A stretch of 64,000 nucleotides of DNA. It comes from an archaeon GW2011_AR15 (GTDB lineage Archaea; Nanobdellota; Nanobdellia; Woesearchaeales; GW2011-AR15). Within the stretch, counting starts at the first letter, position 1. Every line of letters begins with the position of its first letter. Position numbers and translations under genes: made by a program. Positions 1 to 9,298 of this stretch are shown here, piece by piece. The stretch lies in the NCBI GenBank assembly GCA_000830295.1, contig CP010425.1, forward strand, positions 992,001-1,056,000. Reading direction: 5' to 3'. Below the pieces are notes generated by a model, which was not told where the DNA came from, made no database searches, and was given only the letters and a program-made list of their open reading frames with translations.

Positions 1-77
1 AATAGTGAAATATGAAAGGGATGCCAAACTGGATGAATACTAAATTTTAAATACTACTCTGACTTGTCATTTTTTCT

Positions 78-713
78 ATGGGGGAAGATTCAGCAATCAC
101 TTTTGAGTCGCTTTATAATCTCGTGAGAAATGAGAAAGTAAATGAGGCTATCCAGAAACTCAGCCCAGATATACACAGCGAGATAATAAGCTATCTCAAC
201 ACCAAAATAAGCATATACAAGGACGCGAAAGCCAAGAACCTGAATCCTGATGAAGCCGAGAAAATCAGAACCCAGATTGTAAGCGCGAGGAAGCTCATAA
301 AAGAGATTTATGAGAGGAGGGAAAGGAAAATCCTGCAGCTTGCAATCAACAAAAGCAGGATAAGGAAAGTTGATGAAACCACTTTGCTCACGCATGAGAG
401 AATGCTGCTTGATGAAGTGACAGAGATTCTTGACACTTACAGGAAAGATATCCTGCTCAGCCTTGTGAATGCAAAGCTCCCTTCAGGATCTCCGCAGCAG
501 GAAAAAAAGGAAGCAGCTGAGCCTGAAGAGGAAGATATGGTCCAGGAAGCAGAGGAAGTAATCTTGATTGAGGTGAAATTCACAAAGCCTGTCCCGAAAT
601 TCTTAGGGAAAGAAGCTGAGGTTCTCGGGCCTTTTAATCCAGGTGATACTGCAAAGCTGGATAAGGACATTGCGAATATCCTGATAACTAAAGAACACGC
701 AATAAAAATTTAG
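78..713 (+). CDS. DNA replication complex GINS subunit (GINS15/Sld5-like)
   Basis: Helical A-domain (ERRERKILQLA) plus C-terminal B-domain (GPFNPGDTAKL...ANILI). Confidence 0.8.
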   Translation: MGEDSAITFESLYNLVRNEKVNEAIQKLSPDIHSEIISYLNTKISIYKDAKAKNLNPDEAEKIRTQIVSARKLIKEIYERRERKILQLAINKSRIRKVDETTLLTHERMLLDEVTEILDTYRKDILLSLVNAKLPSGSPQQEKKEAAEPEEEDMVQEAEEVILIEVKFTKPVPKFLGKEAEVLGPFNPGDTAKLDKDIANILITKEHAIKI

Positions 714-1018
714 ACAAGTTCTAATCTCTTTGTCCTGAAACCCTTTCTCTGAAGGTGGTATTTCTTGCAGACACTGCACTGGAATTTCAAATCTGTCTTT
801 TTAGTCTGCTTCTTTCCTGTCATCTTGAATTTTGTGACAGCCGGCTTGGAATACCTGCCTAGGTTACCGAAACCCCTGGCCCTTCCCCTTTTTCTTGCCC
901 TTACTTTAGAACCATAGCTGAGACTGCTGGGCTGGCCTTTCTTCACTTCAAAGACTTTATGCTCTGTATGCTTCCTGCATGTAGGGCAGTAAGTCCTCTT
1001 TGTCTTGGGCATTTTCAT
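710..1018 (-). CDS. rpl44e: 50S ribosomal protein L44e (eL42)
   Basis: MKMPK..RTYCPTCRKHTEHKV, KKQTKK, C-terminal CxxC. Confidence 0.95.
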   Translation of the reverse strand: MKMPKTKRTYCPTCRKHTEHKVFEVKKGQPSSLSYGSKVRARKRGRARGFGNLGRYSKPAVTKFKMTGKKQTKKTDLKFQCSVCKKYHLQRKGFRTKRLELV

Positions 1019-1057
1019 GCTACTCTGGAAAAAAGGGGGATTTAAAAAGGTTTCTAA

Positions 1058-2494
1058 TTAAGAATAAGAGGGAATATTCTCATACATGAATTCCTGACCC
1101 TTTAGGTTTTTGCTGGCCCAACTCCATTCAGGAAACAGACCCATTTTATTGAATTCTCTTGCCAAGTCCAAAGCATAGCTGAAATACCCTCTGGAAGGAG
1201 CCCGCCCAAAGCCAATAGTGTAGTTTGGTATTCCGGGGTCAACTGTGCCTGTCCTGAACTGCCTGATGAAATTTTTCATGAATAATTTTTGCATGTCAAG
1301 AGTATTGAAAACATCTCCGTTGCTTCTTCTTTCCTGCATATGAAAATATCTTATTGAGCAGCTCTCAATATTGTTGAAATCAGCCTCAGGATTCTCGTAT
1401 GCCCATTTTATGAGGTTTTTCGACTCATCAGAGTATCCATCAAACATTGTTTTTACCTTAGGTATTTTAAGAAGGTCTTTTACAATGTGTTCGTCCTGCC
1501 CGCCATCATAGCTGAGAAGAGCAACTTTTTCAAGAGTGTCCTCTAGGTCGCCGTCATTTATGCCGTCAAAGCCCTTCCTCCCAAAAAGGAACCATCCCCA
1601 TATTCTCGCCATGAAATCAGAAGTCCCTGCATTTTTAGGGGCTTTGAATACTCTTATATATCCGTTGCTTAGGTCTTCATTCTGCTCTGAAATTCCCGGG
1701 ACAACAATTCCCATATCATGAAAGCTAGGCAAATAAGCATTGTAGAATCTTTGCAGGGTTTCCATTTTGGAAACAGTTTCATCAAGGCCAAGCTCCTTTC
1801 TTACATCTGTCTGGGACAGCGATTTCATATCATGGGCAAAGCCATCAATGCCATATTGTTCTATCAGCCTTTTCCTGCTCAGTGTGACGCTTGTTCCTGC
1901 CCCTATCTCCTTAACTCCGGAGATTGCTCTCCAGTAGTCACTGTCCATGACTCCCAGGCTCATAAGACTTGTAACAAGATATGCATCAGCTTCCTTCTGG
2001 CTCGCAAACCTGTTGTCATTGCCGCCATTAGCTATATTGACAAGTGAATTCCTGTAATTATCGATATAATTCTGCACAGAAAGCATCAGTTCACGCGGTG
2101 TTTTTTTCATTAACCGTTTTTCATGCCATACAGCCAGTATGTCATGTGGGGTTGTATTGACATATGGCATGCCTATTGCATCCATATACTCCTCTTTGCT
2201 CGTTATATCTCTTGGAACCTTTACATTATACTCTCTGCGCATGTTTCTCCTGTTTTTGAACAAAAATCTAAGGGCATTATTGAGATGGCCGCTGGACATA
2301 TGGCCCTGAATTGAAAGAGCCCTTATGGCAGCATCCAGATCAGGATCAGTAAAGCCTTTTAATGTAACCCTCTCCCTGAAGTCCAGGGTGTCAGCAACAA
2401 CCAGGCCAGAAAATAAACCATAATCAGGAGAGCCTTTCTGAGCCATGTCGATTCTTAAATCTAAAGAACCAGTGTATCTGCCATAAGCCCCCAT
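1058..2494 (-). CDS. hypothetical protein (about 478 aa)
   Basis: Long ORF; start moved to ATG 2494 because the upstream extension overlaps the MTAP gene and the divergent promoter region; no motif recognised. Confidence 0.65.
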   Translation of the reverse strand: MGAYGRYTGSLDLRIDMAQKGSPDYGLFSGLVVADTLDFRERVTLKGFTDPDLDAAIRALSIQGHMSSGHLNNALRFLFKNRRNMRREYNVKVPRDITSKEEYMDAIGMPYVNTTPHDILAVWHEKRLMKKTPRELMLSVQNYIDNYRNSLVNIANGGNDNRFASQKEADAYLVTSLMSLGVMDSDYWRAISGVKEIGAGTSVTLSRKRLIEQYGIDGFAHDMKSLSQTDVRKELGLDETVSKMETLQRFYNAYLPSFHDMGIVVPGISEQNEDLSNGYIRVFKAPKNAGTSDFMARIWGWFLFGRKGFDGINDGDLEDTLEKVALLSYDGGQDEHIVKDLLKIPKVKTMFDGYSDESKNLIKWAYENPEADFNNIESCSIRYFHMQERRSNGDVFNTLDMQKLFMKNFIRQFRTGTVDPGIPNYTIGFGRAPSRGYFSYALDLAREFNKMGLFPEWSWASKNLKGQEFMYENIPSYS

Positions 2495-2605
2495 TGCCAA
2501 ATCATTTTTTTGATTATTATTAAACCTTTCCACCACATATGTTCTCAAAAACAGATATATTTTTAAAGTGGTTTTTCGCATGTATGTGCTGGGTGATTTA
2601 CAGGT

Positions 2606-3388
2606 ATGGCGATAGGGATTATTGGGGGGACAGGGGTATATGACCCGGATCTTCTTGAAAGTATAGAGCAGGTAAAGGTCGAGACGCCTTTCGGAGAGCC
2701 ATCTGGCCTCATAACAAAGGGGAAGATTGAAGGCAAGGATATAGTTATAATCCCAAGGCACGGAAGCAAGCATTCTTTCAATCCGGGCAAAGTGCCGTAC
2801 AGGGCAAATATCTGGGCCATGAAGCAGCTCGGAGTTACAAAACTGATTTCTGTCTCTGCTGTGGGTTCATTGAAAGAGGACATAAAGCCCGGTGATTTTG
2901 TTTTCACAGACCAGTTCATAGACAGGACAACAAAAAGGGATCAGACATTTTATGAAGAAGATAAGGTCTGCCATATCTCAGTTGCAGAGCCTTTCTGCAG
3001 GGGGCTGAGGGGAAAGCTTGTCCCAAGGGCAAAAGAGCTAGGATACCACTTTCATGAGAACGGAACATGCGTTGTAATAGAGGGCCCCAGATTCAGCACA
3101 AAGGCAGAATCCAGCCTTTTCAGGTCATGGGACGCTGATATAATTAATATGACTCTCGTTCCTGAGGCAGTGCTTGCAAGGGAAGCTGAGATGTGCTACG
3201 CAAACATTGCAATGGTTACAGACTACGATGTCTGGCATGACAAGCCTGTGAGCAATGAGGAAGTTCTGAAGACAATGAAGCAGAACATAGAGAAAGTAAG
3301 GAAGCTCCTTATGGCAGTTGTGCAGGACATTGACGATACAAAAGTCTGCCCCCAGTGCAACCAGGCATTAAAGGATGCAATGATGTGA
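2606..3388 (+). CDS. mtnP: S-methyl-5'-thioadenosine phosphorylase
   Basis: GIIGGTG, PRHG, EGPRFST, NMT, VTDYD motifs. Confidence 0.93.
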   Translation: MAIGIIGGTGVYDPDLLESIEQVKVETPFGEPSGLITKGKIEGKDIVIIPRHGSKHSFNPGKVPYRANIWAMKQLGVTKLISVSAVGSLKEDIKPGDFVFTDQFIDRTTKRDQTFYEEDKVCHISVAEPFCRGLRGKLVPRAKELGYHFHENGTCVVIEGPRFSTKAESSLFRSWDADIINMTLVPEAVLAREAEMCYANIAMVTDYDVWHDKPVSNEEVLKTMKQNIEKVRKLLMAVVQDIDDTKVCPQCNQALKDAMM

Positions 3389-3431
3389 TTTTCCAGCAAA
3401 TTTATTAAACATAGTTGTTTCTGAGCATAGT

Positions 3432-4208
3432 ATGAAAGTCTCGCTTAATCCAAGAAAATCTGTTGAAGAGAATGCAGCAGAATACTTTGAGAAGTCAAAA
3501 AAAGCCAAGAGAAAAATAGAGGGGGCTAAAAAAGCCCTTGAGGAAACAAGAAAAAAGCTTAGCAGGATAGACGAGCTAATAAAAAAAGAGCAGGAGATAC
3601 AGGACAGGCCTGAAAGAAAAAAAGAGTGGTATGAGAAGTTCAGGTGGTTCTATACATCAGATGATATGCTGTTCATAGCTGGAAGGGATGCAACTACAAA
3701 TGAGATTATAGTAAAGAAACATACAGAGAAGAATGACCTTGTTTTCCATTCAGAGATGGCAGGCAGCCCCTTCGGAGCATTGAAAACAGAAGGCAGGATC
3801 CCCGGGGAAAAAGCCGTCCGGGAGTGCAGCCAGTTCATTGCCTGCTACTCAAAGGCATGGAAAGGCGGAAGCACCATAACTGATGTTTTCTATGTGAACC
3901 CGGACCAGGTTACAAAAGAAGCGCCTTCAGGAGAATACATAGGCAAGGGCTCTTTCATGATTTACGGCAAGAAAAATATTGTTACAGCAGAGCTGAAGCT
4001 TTTCATCGGAAAAACTAATGACGGGAAAATAATGCCTGGTCCAGAATCAGCAGTGAAAAAGCACTGTAAAGAGTATATCCAGATAAGGCAGGGCGATGAA
4101 AAAACAAGCAGCCTGGCAAAAAAATTAAGGGCAATACTTAATTCTGATGACCTGGATGACATAATAAAAGTTATCCCGGTAGGAAGCGCATTGATGCAGA
4201 AGAGATAG
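3432..4208 (+). CDS. NFACT RNA-binding domain protein (truncated Rqc2/NEMF-like)
   Basis: ENAAEYFEK, WYEKFRWF, GRDATTNE, GSFMIYGKKN. Confidence 0.85.
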   Translation: MKVSLNPRKSVEENAAEYFEKSKKAKRKIEGAKKALEETRKKLSRIDELIKKEQEIQDRPERKKEWYEKFRWFYTSDDMLFIAGRDATTNEIIVKKHTEKNDLVFHSEMAGSPFGALKTEGRIPGEKAVRECSQFIACYSKAWKGGSTITDVFYVNPDQVTKEAPSGEYIGKGSFMIYGKKNIVTAELKLFIGKTNDGKIMPGPESAVKKHCKEYIQIRQGDEKTSSLAKKLRAILNSDDLDDIIKVIPVGSALMQKR

Positions 4209-4209
4209 C

Positions 4210-4473
4210 ATGGCTGACATAAAAGAATTAAAAGAGAAAACCAGGAATCTTGAGCCCATAATCAGGATAGGGAAGAACGGCCTGAATGAAAATGTGCTTC
4301 TTGAAATAGAAAAATTAGTTAAAAAGAGGAAACTCATAAAGATAAAAATACTGAATAACTGCCAGCAGGATAAAAATGAAATTATTGATACTGTTCTTCA
4401 AAAGACTAAAGCACTTCTTGTCGGAGAAGTTGGAAATACATTCTCTGTTTTCAGAGAAAAGCAAGAGAAATAA
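4210..4473 (+). CDS. YhbY/CRM-family RNA-binding protein
   Basis: LEPIIRIGKNGL...LIKIKIL...VGNTF. Confidence 0.88.
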   Translation: MADIKELKEKTRNLEPIIRIGKNGLNENVLLEIEKLVKKRKLIKIKILNNCQQDKNEIIDTVLQKTKALLVGEVGNTFSVFREKQEK

Positions 4474-5005
4474 GTATATACTTAGACTTTTCCTTGTGTT
4501 TGCAATATTTTTATTTCTCATTTTTACTTTTAGTGCATTCAGGAAAATAACAGTCCTTATGCTGTTCATAACAGCAAATTATGTCTTTGCCTTCTTAAAG
4601 AGAAAGGTGCCGTTTTCTTTTGTAAGAAAATACCTTTTCGGCCTTGAAATAATAATGATATGCACAGTTGCAACGAGCATTGCAATGGGGCCCAAAACAG
4701 GCGCAGTGATGGGAGGGCTTCTTATGATTGTAAACTATCTTGCTGAAGGCAGATCCTCAGAGTATTTTATAGTAACTATCCTGCTCTATACAATTGCAGG
4801 GTACGCTGCCTATTATTATAGGAGCTATGATTTTATTGCCCTCGGTGTACTTATTACCTCCATATACAATTTCTTTGCATTTATATTTTCAAAATTAATG
4901 GGGGCAAATACAGTGACTCTCCTTGTATTCAGCGCTGTGAATATAGCTTCAAATATACTTCTTTTTACAATCTACGGGAATTTTGTGCTGGGTCTGCTTT
5001 CCTAG
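4376..5005 (+). CDS. multi-pass membrane protein, start uncertain
   Basis: Several hydrophobic segments; the listed start overlaps the YhbY gene. Confidence 0.6.
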   Translation: MKLLILFFKRLKHFLSEKLEIHSLFSEKSKRNKYILRLFLVFAIFLFLIFTFSAFRKITVLMLFITANYVFAFLKRKVPFSFVRKYLFGLEIIMICTVATSIAMGPKTGAVMGGLLMIVNYLAEGRSSEYFIVTILLYTIAGYAAYYYRSYDFIALGVLITSIYNFFAFIFSKLMGANTVTLLVFSAVNIASNILLFTIYGNFVLGLLS

Positions 5006-5011
5006 AAAAAA

Positions 5012-5095
5012 ACGCCAGCGCCCGGATTCCCAAATGAGCAAAGCGAATGGGTGCCAAAAATCTGTGATTTTTGAGCATGTTCAAATCCGGCAATC
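5012..5095. repeat. duplicate of tRNA-Ser 3' end plus hairpin cassette
   Basis: 5012-5028 is identical to 5106-5122; hairpins at 5029-5051 and 5055-5073; 5079-5090 is an inverted copy of the T arm. Confidence 0.85.
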
Positions 5096-5106
5096 TAAAA
5101 AATAGA

Positions 5107-5212
5107 CGCCAGCGCCCGGATTTGAACCGGGAATCCCCGAAGGGACCAGCTTGCTTTTCCTGATTACTCAGGTACTCAAGGCTGGCGCAATACCGGGTTA
5201 TGCGACGCTGGC
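5107..5212 (-). tRNA. tRNA-Ser(UGA) with 23-nt intron at 37/38
   Basis: Acceptor GCCAGCG/CGCTGGC, anticodon stem CCAGC/GCTGG, long variable arm, T loop TTCAAAT, relaxed BHB. Confidence 0.93.
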
Positions 5213-5254
5213 ATACAAAAGACAGAAAAAAACCCTGTATTTATATATTATGTT

Positions 5255-6277
5255 TTAGGCCGAGTCTATCTTGTATATTTTCAGCAGTGCAGTCATAATA
5301 GACAGTATAACTGGGCCGAGGACAACCCCGATGATTCCGAACGTGGTAATTCCGCCGACAATGCCGAGTATAATAAGCACAGGATGCACATTAACCTTCC
5401 CGCTTATGACAACAGGCTTCACAACATTGTCCACCATGCTTATCACTCCAATACCGAATGCAAGCAGCGCAAGCCCCCTAAACACGCCGGCTGTTGAGCC
5501 TGAGGAAATCAAGGGGACAACAATCATTGTTATGCTTATGGGGATATAGGCAAATGCAGGCCCTACCATGGGTATGACTGAGAACACAAGAGTCAGCAGG
5601 CCGAAGAAGAGTGGGACCCGAAGCCCGAGAACATAGTATGCAGCAGTCGCAAGTATTGCCTGGAGTATTGCAGTAACCACCTGTCCATATATTACAGCAT
5701 CCATTGTATTTTTTACTTCGCCTATCAATATCTGGCTCTTTGCTTTGCCGAAAGGGAGATATGCCCTAATGCTGTTTACCAACACATCCCCGTCTTTGAA
5801 AAAGAAGAACAGGAAAAGAATGGCCAGAGTGAAGTTCAGTATCCTCCCGGGAACTGATGTGAGGATTGCACGGAGGTTTTCCAGCAGGGAAGAGATGAAT
5901 CCGTCAATTACCCCGTTAAAATTTGACTCCACACCGACACTGCTCAGGATATTCTGGTATAAGCTGACAAGAGTCCCTGTATCACTGGCATAGCCTGAAA
6001 GCCATATATATACTGAAGGGATCTCCTTTATGAGGACATTCACAACATAGAAGACCGGGATTGTAATGATAAGAAGCACAAGCACACATATCAGGAGAGA
6101 GGCCAGCCAGTCGTATCTTATGGCTTTCCTGGCTACTTTGTAGAGAGGATAAAACAGATATGCTATGATCAGTGCACCAAGCATGGTCATTAAGTAAGGC
6201 CTGAACATGACAAAGGAGAGATAGGTAAGCAGAATCAGCATAAAGAGAGGACCGTAGTTCCTGTACAGGTCTTTCAT
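5255..6277 (-). CDS. AI-2E family transporter
   Basis: FFFFKDG, IPMVGP, DNVVKP, HPVLIILG..GG...FG..G..LGP. Confidence 0.9.
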   Translation of the reverse strand: MKDLYRNYGPLFMLILLTYLSFVMFRPYLMTMLGALIIAYLFYPLYKVARKAIRYDWLASLLICVLVLLIITIPVFYVVNVLIKEIPSVYIWLSGYASDTGTLVSLYQNILSSVGVESNFNGVIDGFISSLLENLRAILTSVPGRILNFTLAILFLFFFFKDGDVLVNSIRAYLPFGKAKSQILIGEVKNTMDAVIYGQVVTAILQAILATAAYYVLGLRVPLFFGLLTLVFSVIPMVGPAFAYIPISITMIVVPLISSGSTAGVFRGLALLAFGIGVISMVDNVVKPVVISGKVNVHPVLIILGIVGGITTFGIIGVVLGPVILSIMTALLKIYKIDSA

Positions 6278-6363
6278 CCTAACTCTTTTGTTAAATACAG
6301 TATTTATATCTATCGGTTTTAGAGAGGACAAAATATATATACCTCTCATGATAATTACAACCT

Positions 6364-6624
6364 ATGAAATTTCATTTCATCAGCTCGGTAATATTCAGCG
6401 TATTGCTGGCCCTCATGGCGCTCAATGGCAATATCAAAATCAGGATGCTCTACATGGCAGGGGTGCTTGTGCTGTTCTATGTTACCCTTATCTCATTTGC
6501 CCTTGATTATGATGCACAGAGGAGAAAACAGTGGAGAGAAAAAGAGAAGAAAGTGTCAGAAGAGGTATATCAGAAGTTTGTAAAGCGGCACAGAAAATCC
6601 AGGCCAAAAAGAAAACATAAATAA
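6364..6624 (+). CDS. small membrane protein
   Basis: Two hydrophobic helices and a basic tail. Confidence 0.6.
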   Translation: MKFHFISSVIFSVLLALMALNGNIKIRMLYMAGVLVLFYVTLISFALDYDAQRRKQWREKEKKVSEEVYQKFVKRHRKSRPKRKHK

Positions 6625-6647
6625 ATCATCAGGAATTTTCAGTTCTA

Positions 6648-7484
6648 ATGCACTTTGCAATCATTGTCTCAAAAAAAGATATAGCAGGCATGAACATAAG
6701 GAAAAACCTGCTGGAGATGTTTGATTTTTCTGAGAACGGAGAGTTCCCGGGCAGCAAAACATACAGCCTTAATTCTGATAAAAACATGGTAACATTATAC
6801 ACTATAGACGGAGACACTATTGTTTTTGAGGCAGCAGAGCAGGAGATAGAGGCAGATTATTTTATTTTTGCCACAAGGCACCAGAGCAAGTCAGGGGAAA
6901 AGACGCTTTCAGTGCACTTCCCCGGAAATTTCGGCGAGGCATCTGATTATGGGGGCAGAACAGGGGAGTTATGCACAGCTCCGGCAGGACTGCTGAAAGA
7001 GGGATTTAAGCTGCTTTCTGCTTCTGAAGACATAGGCTTCAGCATAACGCTTGAGGCAACGCACCATGGCCCGTTCATCAGGAAGCCGGTATTATTTATT
7101 GAAATCGGCTCAAGGGAAGAGCAGTGGTCAGATGCCAGAGCAGGAAAGATAACGGCAAAAATAATAATTGAAATGATTAAAAATTACAACCCAGAGAAAA
7201 AATATGAGACTGCAATCGGGTTCGGGGGAACTCACTACTGCAACAGCTTCAACAGAGCTGAGGCAAGCAGGGAAATTGCAATGAGCCACATCTGCCCGAA
7301 GCATTCCATTTCACAGCTTGATGAGACAATGGTAAAGAAAATGATTGATTCAACGCATGAAAAAGTGGACTATGCGCTCATAGACTGGAAAGGAATGTCA
7401 GCTGATGACAGAAACAGGGTAATAGGAATTCTTGATAATTTAGGGGTTGAGTGGAAGAAGACTAAGGGATTGGGAACTGAATAG
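6648..7484 (+). CDS. dtdA: D-aminoacyl-tRNA deacylase (DTD2/GEK1 family)
   Basis: SVHFPGN, EATHHGP, FIEIGS, GFGGTHY. Confidence 0.92.
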   Translation: MHFAIIVSKKDIAGMNIRKNLLEMFDFSENGEFPGSKTYSLNSDKNMVTLYTIDGDTIVFEAAEQEIEADYFIFATRHQSKSGEKTLSVHFPGNFGEASDYGGRTGELCTAPAGLLKEGFKLLSASEDIGFSITLEATHHGPFIRKPVLFIEIGSREEQWSDARAGKITAKIIIEMIKNYNPEKKYETAIGFGGTHYCNSFNRAEASREIAMSHICPKHSISQLDETMVKKMIDSTHEKVDYALIDWKGMSADDRNRVIGILDNLGVEWKKTKGLGTE

Positions 7485-7489
7485 GAATC

Positions 7490-8005
7490 TTATATTTTTG
7501 GGATTAATATATTTCTTACATAATGCCCTGTCCCATTTCTAGGGATTAAAATGGGAACTATATCTCTTACCCAGTCTTTTTCAGGAATCCAGTCTCCCGG
7601 AGTCCCGTCTTTGTGCCTTATATTGAAATCATAGACAAGACCGCAGTCATATGCAACCCAGTGCGTATGGGAATAGGCCTGAGCCCATGCTTTCCAGCCT
7701 GAATATTTCCCCCCGGACCCTGTGAACTGTATAAATGCCAGCCCCGAAGGAAATTCGCCGAATGCTTCACTGGGCAGCTGGGGCTCTCCTGTTGTCCTGA
7801 TGCTTTTATGCGGCTCTCCGAATTCTCCCAGCAGTTCAAGCATAGGCTTTATTGAAATCCATCCTTTCTCCTGCCAGGCATAAGACCTCTCAATTACTTC
7901 CATGCATGATTTATTCAGGTAAGCTGCAGCTGAGGTAGGGCCGCAGTTTGCCAGTGTTTCCAATACATCATCTGGAATTCCTCTACCGGTCGGAACTTGC
8001 ACCAT
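7490..8005 (-). CDS. hypothetical protein, possible C39-like/papain-fold Cys peptidase
   Basis: NCGPTSAA (Cys), THWVAYD (His), VYDFN (Asp) in catalytic-triad order. Confidence 0.55.
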   Translation of the reverse strand: MVQVPTGRGIPDDVLETLANCGPTSAAAYLNKSCMEVIERSYAWQEKGWISIKPMLELLGEFGEPHKSIRTTGEPQLPSEAFGEFPSGLAFIQFTGSGGKYSGWKAWAQAYSHTHWVAYDCGLVYDFNIRHKDGTPGDWIPEKDWVRDIVPILIPRNGTGHYVRNILIPKI

Positions 8006-8110
8006 AAAAAGAGCGATTAGCATCTTATTTATAAATTTGCCTCGGTGCTCTTGAAAATGGGTATATGACAGATAATTTTTTATAGTCAGGGGCAAATCAG
8101 CCATATTGAG

Positions 8111-8323
8111 ATGGAATACATATATGTCTATCTGGTAACAGGGTTGTCTTTTTTTGCCATCTGGCTGACCATATTTATAGCGAGAAAAACAGGCTCAGCA
8201 GTGGCAATGATTGTGCTTTACCTGCTCTTTCTTATGATGGAGTTCAAACCATATTATGTAGACCTGCTTATTGGCGAGATGCGAAAAATGTACTATCGGA
8301 TATTAAGCAGGAACAAAATTTAA
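8111..8323 (+). CDS. small membrane protein or gene fragment
   Basis: 70-aa hydrophobic ORF. Confidence 0.35.
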   Translation: MEYIYVYLVTGLSFFAIWLTIFIARKTGSAVAMIVLYLLFLMMEFKPYYVDLLIGEMRKMYYRILSRNKI

Positions 8324-8348
8324 ATAGCCCTGAATATCACATTCATAT

Positions 8349-9035
8349 ATGCACAAATTAGTTCTGCTGAGGCACGGCGAAAGCGTCTGGAATAAGGAAA
8401 AGATATTCACCGGCTGGACAGATGTCGGGCTTTCAGAGAAAGGCATAGAGGAAGCAAAACAGGCCGGCAGGATTCTGAAGAAAAAGGGATACAAATTTGA
8501 CCTTGCATATACTTCTGTCCTGAAAAGGGCAATAGATACTCTTAAGCTTACTCTTGGCGAAATGGGGATTAAGGTTCCTGTGAAAAAGAGCTGGAGACTT
8601 AATGAGCGGCATTATGGTGCCCTTCAGGGATTCAGCAAAACAGAGATGGCTGAGAAAGTCGGCAAAGAGCAGGTTTTTACCTGGAGAAGGAGCTACGATG
8701 CAAGGCCGCCTGCACTGGAGAAGACAGACAGAAGATATCCTGGAAAAGATCCTCTCTATAAGGATGTTGATAAAAAAGATATCCCTGCATGCGAGAGCCT
8801 CAAGGACACAGTTGCAAGAGTGCTGCCATACTGGGAGGAGGAAATACTGCCCAGCATAAAATCAGGAAAAAGAGTAATCGTTTCAGCCCATGGCAACAGC
8901 CTGAGGGCGCTTGTAAAACACATCGACAATATTTCTGATGACGATATACCTAAGCTGGAAATACCCACCGGAATCCCTCTCGTATATGAATTTGATGAAG
9001 ATATAAGGCCTATAAGGCATTATTACCTGCAATAG
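8349..9035 (+). CDS. gpmA: 2,3-bisphosphoglycerate-dependent phosphoglycerate mutase
   Basis: LRHGES, LNERHYG, WRRSY, AHGNSLR. Confidence 0.96.
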   Translation: MHKLVLLRHGESVWNKEKIFTGWTDVGLSEKGIEEAKQAGRILKKKGYKFDLAYTSVLKRAIDTLKLTLGEMGIKVPVKKSWRLNERHYGALQGFSKTEMAEKVGKEQVFTWRRSYDARPPALEKTDRRYPGKDPLYKDVDKKDIPACESLKDTVARVLPYWEEEILPSIKSGKRVIVSAHGNSLRALVKHIDNISDDDIPKLEIPTGIPLVYEFDEDIRPIRHYYLQ

Positions 9036-9128
9036 CCGAGCTTCATGCTTTCCCTAGAGTTCCCGGAAACCCCCTTAGTTTCCGAAAAATTTAAAAAAAA
9101 CAGCTTCACACCCCGTTCTTGATATAAA

Positions 9129-9296
9129 ATGTCAGATGACTACGTTGAGGACGAGTATGACGATTCAATAGAGGAGTCAAGCGAGGATCTTCTTGATGAT
9201 GATGAGCTTACCCCAGAAGAGCAGGCATTCCTGGAAGGCTATGAGGAGGACTCCGCTGAGGAAGAAGACGATGACCTTGACAAAGAATTTGAATAG
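9129..9296 (+). CDS. 55-aa highly acidic microprotein (not in ORF track)
   Basis: MSDDYVEDEYDD...ELTPEEQAFLEGYEED...KEFE; fills the intergenic gap; TATA-like tttaaaa upstream. Confidence 0.75.
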   Translation: MSDDYVEDEYDDSIEESSEDLLDDDELTPEEQAFLEGYEEDSAEEEDDDLDKEFE

Positions 9297-9298
9297 CT

